From Octopus vulgaris (Eukaryota), in the NCBI GenBank assembly GCA_951406725.2, contig OX597820.1, positions 26,226,001-26,290,000 on the forward strand: a DNA stretch of 64,000 nucleotides. The letters run 5' to 3'. The notes beneath the pieces are model-generated. The model did no database searches. It was not told the origin of the DNA and saw only the letters and a program-made list of their open reading frames with translations. The position numbers were made by a program, and so were the translations under genes. Shown in pieces: positions 39,001 through 46,815 of this stretch (position 1 is the first letter of the stretch; each line of letters begins with the position of its first letter).

Positions 39001-42000
39001 GTTTTTCTTTTCAGATGAAGCATTTTGAACAGGTGTGGGGGCAGAGGTGAGTGTGTCATTTTATCAACTACTACTACCTGAGTAGGGTGGCATAATTAAA
39101 TTATTGTAAATAATTAGAAATAATAGGATCCAATTATTCCATATACCATATTGTTAAAGTAATGTGGTAAAAATGTGTAACATCATCCTCATAACACAGT
39201 TGACCTGGGTTCAATTCCCAACATGGGAATTTGTTATTCATCCCCATAACCTAGCAGTTCAGCTGTGGATCAACCCTAATCTGCAAACTGTGTATTTTTT
39301 GAATAATGTTACTTCAGTAACCCTTTAGAAAACCCTATTTTGGCTGCTTGTATTTGTGATTGTATTCATTTGGTTACTACCCAAGATTAATTACTGTAGG
39401 CAGGGGTTTGGCATGAAAACTGAAGACAGTGAGCTTAGCCCTTCTGATGACTGAGTGCTCAAACTAGCACATTACTGCACCAGTGCCAGCAAAGTCATCA
39501 TCACCATTTTTAACATCCATTTTCCCATGCTTGTATGGCTTTGATTGGAATTTATTTAGACAGATTTTCTATGGTCTGATGCCCTTCCTGTCACCAGCCC
39601 TCGCTTGTTTCCAAACAAGGTTATATTTCTGCATGACCAGGCATGTTCTCGAAGAATATTGGAAATGAATGATACTCCTTGTATGACAGTGAGATTCACT
39701 TACAATTATCATGCGGTGTCAAAGCAATAAGACACAAACATACACATTCATACGTACACACACACATCATCATCATTGTTTAACGTCCGCTTTCCATGCT
39801 GGCATGGGTTGGACGATTTGACTGAGGACTGGTGAACCAGATGGCTGCACCAGACTCCAATCTCATCTGGCAGAGTTTCTACAGCTGGATGCCCTTCCTA
39901 ACGCCAACCACTCCTAGAGTGTAGTGGTTGCTTTTATGTGTCACCGGCACAAGGGCTACTCAGGCAGTACTGGCAATGGCCACACGCAAATGGTGCTTTT
40001 TATGTGCCACCTGCACAGGAGCCAGTCCAGCGGCACTGGCAATGACCTCGCTCAAATGTTTTGTTCACGTGCCACCAGCACAAGTGCTAGTAAGGCAATG
40101 CAGGTAACGATCATGCTAGAATGATGTTTTTAATGTGCCATCGGCACGGAGGTCAGCTTGTTGCTCTGGCTACGACCTCACACAAACACACATATGTATC
40201 ATGAGCTTCTATTGGCTTTCATCAGTCCACCCTATCGTGGAAGACCCTTGTCCAAAATGCCATGTAGTGGAGCTGAACCTGAAACCATGTGGTTGGAAAG
40301 TAAACTTCTTAAACATAGAACCATACCTTCATCTTTAAAAGTTATACATTTCTGAAATTAAACACATAAAATAACTTTAGATGCAGTCCAAGCTTGTTAC
40401 TTTTTTTTTTTTTAATTAAATATTTCATTGTAATTTTTGTATATCCAAAAATCTGAAATACTTCTGTTTCTTTTTTGCAGAAATCTCACAGATGTTCCCA
40501 AAGCTACAAGTTCAACTCCTATTTCTCGGCCACGTTCACCTCAAGTTACCTCTCCAATGCGTCGCAAAACAAAGCGAGTTTCCAGTTTATTCAAACCACG
40601 TTCATTGGCTGTGACTGCTGGTGGTGGTAGTAGTGTTAGTAGTAGTAATAGAAGTAGTAGCAGCAGTAGTAATAGTAGTAGCAGCAGCAGTAGTAATAAC
40701 AACAGCAGCAATAGTAGTGGTAATGGAAGTAGAAACAGTAGCAACAGCAATTCAAAGTTACCACTTGTTGTGACCTCAGCTGCTGCAATGTCCAGTTCAG
40801 AAGCTGTGGCAGGTGTGAAACCAGCAACTACAGTATCTGTTTCCGTTACCACTACTACCTCAATTACCACCTCTTTGAGTGACCAAGTGATCAGCAGTGT
40901 CCCCGAAGTGATCAAAACATCACAGGTGGACGACCGACTACCTTCGCCTGGTTCGCAGGACATTGCCAGCAACCTGAAACGCCCCTTATATGTGGCTACT
41001 GACCTAACTGGTGAGTTGGGTAGTTCTGCTGATATCGACAGTGTAAGCCCTTCTAAACGTCAAAAGTATTCTCCCAGTCAGAAATTTGGCAGTACGAGGA
41101 TTCTTGCCCAAACCAAAGCGTCGACTGAAAGCAATCGACAACCAAAAACCTTACATTCATCCTGGGGAGGCAGTCCTCAAGAGAAACAGGCTTCTCCTGT
41201 AACAGCATCCAACACTCCTTTAATACACCCACCTCGCCTTCAGACTGCTTTACTGCAAGTATCCAAATCCTCACCCCCTGCTGCAGCTAGCAGTAGTAAC
41301 AGTAGTACTAGTACTGCTGACAGTTGTGTCACCGATGCTTCTTCTAAAAACTCTGCCCCTACAAATCAGTCCCGCGTACTTGCTCAACTCCAGGTACCCT
41401 CTCAGTTCTTGGCTGCCACGGTATTGGTAAAGTCTCAACCGAAATCAAAACCTGTTGTTCGAAACAGCACTAATTCGAGTCAGTCCAAGACGACGTCGTC
41501 CGTGACAGCTGCGACATGTACCGAACCAGACACGAGTTCACCGTCCAACGAGTATCGTCAGAACGTTTTTGCATTGTTTCGGAAGTTGCGGAGCAATAAC
41601 AATAACGACAACAATGATAACAGCAGCAGCAGCAGCAGCAACAGTAACTCCAGTTCTAGTGATTCAGGTACTGTAACAGCTTCTGCTACGTCACCAACAC
41701 TGACGACGACAACAACAACAGCAACAGCAGCAGCAGCGACGACGACGACCACAACAGCAGCAGCAGTGGCAGCAACATCACCTATCAGTTTTGTCAACAG
41801 CAACAGCCCGAACAGCAGCAGCAACAGCAGCACCACCACCAACAACAACAACAAGGACAGTTCAAATAGTAATACAAACAAAACTGAAAGCATGCCAGCA
41901 TCAGATAGTAGTCTGGCACCATCACAGAAGAACAATGATGCTGTGAATCTGCAACGTTCGCATGAGATCTGCCAAGCTGTGTTTGAGAGAAGCCGAAGTA

Positions 42001-44612
42001 ACTTGAACAAGAGCACAATGGTATCGCTGTTGCCAAAATCAAGTAGCGTGGCCATTCAAGTGACAACCAATCAATTCCAACAGCACACATTTGGTGCCCC
42101 CAGCATCATTATCCCCCAGTCAACCATCACCAGCTCCAATCAACAAAAACTCACTCCTGTAACAAGTTCCTCAAGCCAACTAGGATCTTCGAAAATCTTG
42201 TTCTCGCAGTCGGAGTCTGTTTCTAATCTGTTTGCTCAGTTGCAGAACCCGAAATCAAGTTCTAAGCTTGTTGTGAGCAGCACGTCTCCGATGCTGTCAC
42301 CGTCATCATCATCGTCGTCAGGCAACGTCGAAGAAAGTAACGAGGGAGTGAAAGACAGCAGTGATAATGGCAGTAATAAAGATAGAGATTCCAAACAGGA
42401 CGACAGTTCCAGTGTGCAGAATGACTCGGCTCTTAGTTCGGTTGGCATGGAGTTACCATCTACATCCTTGTCGTCACTTTCCTCAGATACCAAGGCGACA
42501 CCGGCAACAGCAACAACAACAACAGCTTCCGAGCAGAAAGAAGTGCACGCAGCTCTGACATCCGCTGCAACAGACATGTTAGTACAATCGAGTTTGCCGA
42601 CCACCAGCACTGCAACCACCATCAACACCACCACCTCAGCATTCTCCAGAGTTGAAGGTTCTGCGGCACTTTCTGCTCCAGCCAACTCATTGCAATCCAT
42701 CTCCTCCTCCACCACCACCACATCACTCAGCAGCCCCAGAACATCCCTGTCTCTAATGTCTTCTATGACGACCACCACCACTGCGATGACATCCACCACC
42801 TGTTCTTCACCCTCAACAACTGTAGCTCTAACCTCTACTCTATCCTCTGCTCTCTCTGCAGCTAGTCAGTCTCCTGTAGCCATTACTACTTCAACTACTA
42901 CATCTACTAATGCTACTACTACTACTGCTACTACTACTACTTCTGTTACTACTACTACCACAACTACTTCTACCACTACTATGCCTACTTCGAAACCAGC
43001 CTCAAGCGTTGTCGAGGAAACAAGCCCAAATCCAGAGATTCTGTCATCAACAAGCAGAAATGAGAAAGCAGCTGTGAAGACAACACCTTCAGCATTATCA
43101 ACAGCAGCAGTAACAGCAGCTGCAACTGCTAGTAATACTACTACTACTTCAACAACAACAACTACTACTACAACCTCAATCCTAGCTACGGCTTTGTTAG
43201 CGCCGCCTTTAGATTCTGGCTGTGTGGTCAGAATACTGGAACGGACAGACAAAAACTGTGAAATGGCATCGGAGTCGCCGCCACCGCCGCCTTTACCACC
43301 GGACAAGGTAGCGGTGGCGTCCGCCTCTGGCCAGCTGGTTGACTCAACGTCACAGACCATGGACACTGCCACTACGGCATTGGCCTGTTCTCAGACTGAC
43401 TCTAGTACCACTACAGCGTTGTTAACATCAACTATAACAACCATAATAACAACAACAACAGCTACTGTCGTGGTACCAGATACTAAAGCAAAGTCAGTTA
43501 TGGCAACCATTGCAACCACTTCTTCTTCTTCTACTACTTCTTCTTCTTCATCCTCCTCTTCCTCCTCTTGCTCTCCACCTACTGTCTCATCGTCCACCTC
43601 CTCCTTTTCCACTTCTATGGACAACACGAATCCTGATTGTAGTCAGTTACCCTCTTCCAAAAGTAGAAAGCTTGATGGTCAGGTTTCTGTTGCACCGCCC
43701 CGGTCATCAAGTGCACCGCCAACCACATTGTCCACTAAATCCCCCGGCCACACGGTCATTGCCGGCAGCAACACGGAGAACATTGCCCGGTCGGCCAGCG
43801 TGGACACCAGCATCAATGCTCTCTACAGCAGCAACAACAACAACAGCAGCAACAGCAATCAACTGAAAGATGACGAGCTGCCCCCAGTGTCGGAAACATC
43901 AAGTACCCCGAACGACGAGGTCGACACTGAACACAAACTTTATCTAACACAACAAGAGGTAAATTTTTTATCGCGAGCTGGCACTGCTACTGCAGCAGAA
44001 CAGAAGGGGCCTCCAAGTAACTCAACTTCTGTATTAAACGACGTAATTAGTAGTAATCATAAACCTACCCCCCTGCTACCCACTCTAGCACCCTCACCCT
44101 TGGCTTCAACGCCCATCACCACCATTATAATTACAACCACCACTACAACTACTACTACTACTACTACTACAACATCAAACGTCGCGTCTGGCACCCCAAC
44201 CCCTCAACCTTTACAATCCCCCAATTCCTCTCTCTTACCGCCAGACACAGTAGACAGTGTCCAGAACATCGCATTAAGCTTAGCAAACAATGTGGAGGCG
44301 CATATATCTGACCTTTTGAGCACACCCGTATCCATCATCGCCGGCAGCACCCCCGTACACGTGCTGGCAGCCACCAGCGTCGGTGACCCGATGCACATGA
44401 TCCAGTCGACCGTCTTGCCGTCGATGGTTGCTGCCGCCGCTGCTGCTGCGGGTGCCGCTCCTGTCCCAAATGGCAGCTGCGCAATAGCGCAGTCACCCAA
44501 CTGTGCCTGCAGTCTAAAGGCCATGGTGATGTGCAAAAAATGTGGTGCATTTTGTCACGATGACTGTATCGGGCCGTCACGTCTGTGTGTGACCTGCCTG
44601 ATTACAACGTGA
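162..44612 (+). CDS. ASXL: Polycomb group protein Asx/ASXL (BAP1/Calypso partner of PR-DUB), 5'-partial, nine coding exons: 162-471, 12925-13305, 26068-26441, 33938-34051, 35029-35129, 36253-36326, 37817-37893, 39015-39046, 40481-44612
   Basis: All junctions are GT..AG with polypyrimidine tracts and compatible phases (1,1,0,0,2,1,0,2). Summed length 5595 nt = 1865 codons including TGA. Spliced product contains the DEUBAD domain ([58 protein letters not shown]) and the ASXL PHD ([33 protein letters not shown]). Linkage of the first two low-complexity exons rests on phase only. Confidence 0.95.
1192..1581 (-). mobile_element. Non-autonomous Helitron-type element
   Basis: On the minus strand it begins TC(TCTATATATAAAG) and ends in an imperfect GC hairpin + CTAG, inserted at an A|T site without TSD. 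Confidence 0.6.
1951..2423 (+). mobile_element. 5'-truncated R4/Dong-like non-LTR retrotransposon (restriction-like endonuclease C-terminus + 3' UTR)
   Basis: KPDIII.D...[26 protein letters not shown]...VPVIVG.IG = PD-(D/E)xK RLE domain; flanked by (TAA)n on both sides. Confidence 0.8.
5079..5296 (+). mobile_element. piggyBac-type MITE; related copies at 23103-23322, 34520-34741 and a SINE-interrupted copy at ~62270-63000
   Basis: TTAA|CCCTTTAG...CTAAAGGG|TTAA termini and shared internal sequence between copies. Confidence 0.8.
5827..7069 (+). mobile_element. Decayed Tc1/mariner transposon (probably maT/DD37D-like)
   Basis: TIRs CAGGGTGC...GCACCCTG, TA at left; frameshifted transposase remnants [35 protein letters not shown]. 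Confidence 0.85.
8197..9646 (-). mobile_element. Decayed mariner (DD34D) transposon with a nested retroposon fragment at ~8405-8575
   Basis: TIRs TA|TTGG.TTG.CAAGAAAGTAATTTC at both ends; motifs [34 protein letters not shown] in broken minus-strand ORFs. Confidence 0.9.
9728..9880 (+). pseudogene. Decayed intronic copy of part of ASXL exon b
   Basis: 9732-9807 aligns with 13072-13148 (TGGTACTrAATCCAAAGATGTCACTT..TTGGGTCCAGCCwGTGTGGTTACCATGT). Confidence 0.85.
9880..10100 (-). mobile_element. tRNA-derived SINE family A; other copies ~521-650, 4858-5072, 28708-28890, 48478-48685 and a cluster at 49491-50455
   Basis: Shared head GGCGAGCTGGCAGAATCGTTAGC (A box) ... GAGTTCAAATTCC (B box) and body GTCGACTTTGCCTTTCATCCTTTCGGGGTCGAT. 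Confidence 0.85.
10684..10730. repeat. (GA)n microsatellite
   Basis: Perfect dinucleotide run. Confidence 0.95.
12925..13305 (+). CDS. ASXL: ASXL exon b (VCGGGG...RQALRPKR)
   Basis: ttttcttcttacag acceptor in phase 1; GC-rich coding-like composition; donor T|GTAAAT is weak, so the 3' boundary is less certain. Confidence 0.7.
17421..18200 (+). mobile_element. Internally deleted Helitron with Rep/Helicase remnants
   Basis: A|TC 5' end; hairpin GTTGTGACC..GGTCACGGC then CTAG|T 3' end; peptides [16 protein letters not shown]....[41 protein letters not shown]. Confidence 0.88.
18460..18506. repeat. (TAA)n microsatellite
   Basis: Perfect trinucleotide run. Confidence 0.95.
26068..26441 (+). CDS. 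ASXL: ASXL exon c (..EKLNKF...[17 protein letters not shown])
   Basis: ctcattgcag acceptor, AAG|GTAAGA donor; ends in [11 protein letters not shown], resembling the segment preceding DEUBAD in invertebrate Asx. Confidence 0.88.
27482..27811 (-). mobile_element. tRNA-derived SINE family C with 11-bp TSD; relatives at 58008-58333 (-), 52247-52455, 62358-62598, 62599-62895 (+)
   Basis: TSD AAACATGATAT at 27471-27481 and 27812-27822; A/B-box head GTGGCTTAGTGG...GTTCGATTCC; shared body TTTCACGTTGCTCCAGTCCACTCAGCTGGCAAAAATGAGT. Confidence 0.9.
29146..29420. mobile_element. hAT-type MITE
   Basis: TIRs CAGTGGTTCC...GGAACCACTG with near-identical 8-bp flanks ATATAAGT/ATAAAAGT. Confidence 0.8.
30140..30760 (+). 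mobile_element. Retroposon family D with (GAT)n tail (RTE-like 3' end), longest copy; 5'-truncated copies at ~8405, 21322, 26535, 28294, 39765, 61645 (-) and 47432-47696 (+)
   Basis: Shared 3' end GGTTGGCGTTAGGAAGGGCATCCAGC...CCAACCCATGCTAGCATGGAAAGCGGACGTTAAA(TGA)n; internal degenerate TGCC.GTGGCAC repeats. Confidence 0.8.
30860..31780 (-). mobile_element. Highly decayed pogo/Tigger-like transposase fragment
   Basis: Minus strand near 31135-31155 reads ..QPLD.., typical of pogo DDD transposases; otherwise fragmentary. Confidence 0.35.
31960..32280 (-). mobile_element. 3' end of a HERO-like (RLE-encoding) non-LTR retrotransposon with structured 3' UTR
   Basis: Minus strand encodes CRGFAA and [17 protein letters not shown], matching the RLE C-terminus as I recall it for HERO elements; followed by ~150-nt UTR and AATAAA. 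Confidence 0.7.
32855..33245 (-). mobile_element. tRNA-derived SINE family B; near full-length copies at 23934-24270 (+), 55216-55570 (-), 56245-56640 (+), plus many fragments
   Basis: Head GGAGTGGCTGTGTGGTAAG...GGTTCAGTCCCACTGCGTGGCACCTTGGGCAAGTG, internal (CA/TG)n, tail GAAACAAGTAAAAGAGTAA. Confidence 0.9.
33938..34051 (+). CDS. ASXL: ASXL exon d, DEUBAD start ([38 protein letters not shown])
   Basis: gttgtag acceptor, AGA|GTGAGT donor, 114 nt; not in the ORF track; translated by hand. Confidence 0.96.
35029..35129 (+). CDS. ASXL: ASXL exon e, DEUBAD ([33 protein letters not shown])
   Basis: tttttcag acceptor, CAG|GTAAGA donor; LxxLLP.xDR motif. Confidence 0.96.
35860..36138 (+). mobile_element. 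CR1-type LINE 3' end; related tail fragment on minus strand at ~2424-2545
   Basis: Encodes [12 protein letters not shown]...FF...[13 protein letters not shown]...SFK (CR1 ORF2 C-terminus), ends in (ATT)n. Confidence 0.8.
36253..36326 (+). CDS. ASXL: ASXL exon f, DEUBAD with NEF motif ([24 protein letters not shown])
   Basis: ttttatacag acceptor, AAG|GTAATA donor; LNNEFF..A...W.ERLAEG signature. Confidence 0.97.
36786..37268. mobile_element. Tigger-like MITE
   Basis: TA-flanked imperfect TIRs CAGTAAGCACTCGCCATATTGCGG / CCGTGATAGTTGAGGGATTATTG. Confidence 0.55.
37817..37893 (+). CDS. ASXL: ASXL exon g, DEUBAD ([26 protein letters not shown])
   Basis: cctaatttgcag acceptor, AAG|GTAAGT donor; GEFTPE and DPWK motifs. 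Confidence 0.96.
39015..39046 (+). CDS. ASXL: ASXL exon h, 32-nt small exon ([10 protein letters not shown])
   Basis: gtttttcttttcag acceptor, GAG|GTGAGT donor; F-E-x-x-W/Y-G-Q end of DEUBAD; needed to convert phase 0 to phase 2. Confidence 0.93.
40481..44612 (+). CDS. ASXL: ASXL terminal exon, 4.1 kb, S/T/N/A low-complexity region plus C-terminal PHD finger (44502-44609)
   Basis: ttttttgcag acceptor at 40480; ORF 40437..44612; PHD motif [25 protein letters not shown]. Confidence 0.97.
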
Positions 44613-45127
44613 CATTGCGTATTGAGGAGTTTTGTTTGTTTGTTTTATTCTGTTTATATGCATATATATATATATAAATATATATATCTATATAATATAT
44701 ATATGTATATGTACATTTTTTTTTTGGAACTTAATGTGTGAAAGATGAAAACAAAATTAAGGAAAAGAAAGCCATATTAAATAATGATTATAATGTAATA
44801 ATAATAATATAATAAATAATAATAATAATAATGATATGACGTTGGTTGATGAAATAAAGATGTTAGTAGAATCTGAACGAGTGTTAGGTTGTGTGTGTGT
44901 GTTTGTGCACGTATATGTGTATGCGTGCGTGCGTGGATGTGCGTGCATGCAGACATGTGTGTGTGTGTATTTTTTTGAGACAAAGAGTGGCAGTGGGAGA
45001 TGACTGACTGCAAGAGAGAAGGCTACAAGGATGAATTGATTGCGAGGTGAGGTGAGATGAGATGAGATGATAAAAGACTTTATTCACATTGAAGAGGAAC
45101 AAATATAATTAAGAAGAAACATTTAAA

Positions 45128-45350
45128 AATAAATAAAAAAAAAAAAACGAAAATACTTTTTGAAGAAAGAAAAAAGGAAAAAAAAAATATGTGAAGAATA
45201 AATAAATAAATAAATAAATAAAAAATTGAGATGGAAAAAATAAAATAAATAAAAAAAAAAATTACCCTCAGAAAGATGTTAAATGAAATATAGTGAATAA
45301 AAAAGAACTATATGGAAATATTTGAAATAATGAAGGATGCCAAATAAATT
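45128..45350 (+). terminator. Cluster of AATAAA polyadenylation signals, candidate 3' end of ASXL mRNA
   Basis: Many AATAAA hexamers (e.g. tandem run 45197-45222, also ~45296 and ~45342) followed by GT/T-rich DNA at 45590-45680; actual cleavage site not determinable. Confidence 0.4.
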
Positions 45351-46024
45351 TTTGATGTGATCAGTAAACAAAAACAACAAAAAAATTTCAAAAAAAAAAG
45401 ATAAAGGAAAAAATCTATGGGCTGTCCCATGAGGAGGAGAAATGATATTGTACATTTTTCTTATATTCTGTATAATGTCTGCCTACCTGTGAATTTTTTT
45501 TTCTCATTTTAGTGAGAGGGAGGGGAAAAAGAGAGAAAAAAACTAAAATTTTCTTCAAACAAATTTAATTTCAATTTTTATTTATTTATAACTGTTTTTG
45601 TTTGTTTTCGTTTCAATCTTTGCTTCTAATTGTTCATTTGCTGTGGTTTTTTGTTGTTTCTTTTTTGTTGTTATTTTTTTCTTCACAACTTTCACTCTCC
45701 TGGGCTTAGCAGAATCCATAGTTGAACAGACAAATTGATTTACAGCATTCATTTATGTTCTTCCAATGTTTACAGTTCAAATCCCAATCTTGCCAGGCAC
45801 AACTTCAATATTCATCTCCTTCTGAGGTCGGTAAAAATAAACTTGAAGCATGGCTCTGTGGTTAAAGACACTCTCTTTGCATCCAGGCAGTTCTGAGCTC
45901 AATCCCCCGTGCACGATACTTTGGGCAGTTGCCTTCTTCCATAACATTCTGTTGATTAATACCTTGTGAATGGAATTTGGTGGGAGGAAGCTGTGCAGAA
46001 GCCAACCACACGTGCATATGTACA

Positions 46025-46241
46025 CGAAAAGTTACTGAAAAGTTCCTGGCTTTGCATTAAAGAAAATACAGGAGAATCAGCTAATTATGCTTTTATTCAA
46101 TATATTCCCCTCTCAGATTCACACACTTATTGCAGTAGTCCTTCAGTTTTTCTAAGCCCTGTTGAAGAACTCGGAAGGTTGGGCTTCCAACCAGGCCTTG
46201 TGCAATACCCTTAAAGCCAGGAAATTTTCAACACCCCTTCG
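46025..46241. mobile_element. mariner-derived MITE
   Basis: Imperfect TIRs CGAA....CTGAAAAGTTCCTGGCTTT / AAAGCCAGGAAATTTTCAAC....TTCG. Confidence 0.7.
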
Positions 46242-46255
46242 TATGTATGTATCAG

Positions 46256-46290
<35 letters not shown>

Positions 46291-46293
<3 letters not shown>

Positions 46294-46610
46294 CGTTTTT
46301 GGATTTGGTTTGCAAGATTCTTTATATGAGTTCGTGTGTTGAAGCATATTCTGTTGTGTCTGGGTAGAGTAATTTTCTTCATGTGTCTTATAATGTAACA
46401 CATTCACCGGTAAAATTTCCACTTATTATTTTTATTTTCCTAAAATTTCCGTTGTGTCTTGCAACTCTCAAGAGTCAAGACTATTGAAAAGGTTTCAAGA
46501 TGCAACGGAAATTTTAGGAAAATAAAAATAAGAAATAAGTGGAAATTTTACCGGTGAGTGTGTTACATTATAAGGCACAAAAAGAAAATGACTCTCCCCA
46601 GACACAACAG
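46291..46610. repeat. Palindromic interspersed element; second copy 57137-57410
   Basis: Arms 46351-46465 and 46491-46610 are reverse complements; both copies have TA-rich flanks. Confidence 0.85.
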
Positions 46611-46761
46611 TATATATATGTGGTTTTATTTAAACTGAATGTTTATTGAGGTGATATGAATTTCACACAATTGCAATCTTCAGGTGAGAAGCTCAAGGTG
46701 ACGTGAAATTGAAGTCACAAGACAAACACTCACTTTATATTTATTTACATGTCTCATAAGT

Positions 46762-46815
<54 letters not shown>

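Noticed and set aside
40541-44580. Numerous antisense and alternate-frame ORFs over the terminal exon (also 119..469 and 163..372 over exon a)
   Set aside because: By-products of triplet-repeat coding sequence (poly-L/V/H/D); no domains or splice support.
40481-44612. Vertebrate ASXL1-type programmed frameshift site (UCC_UUU_CGU) and transframe ORF
   Set aside because: Not found by eye; the closest is UCC_UUU_UCC near 43602 within a Ser tract, and no long alternate-frame ORF follows DEUBAD.
46640-46700. Minus-strand CTGAAGA...GAAA resembling a minimal Penelope-type hammerhead
   Set aside because: Stem II is weak and no partner strand for stem I follows; at best a dead relic. The same applies to the TGAAGAAGGCC..GGTC motif near 55020.
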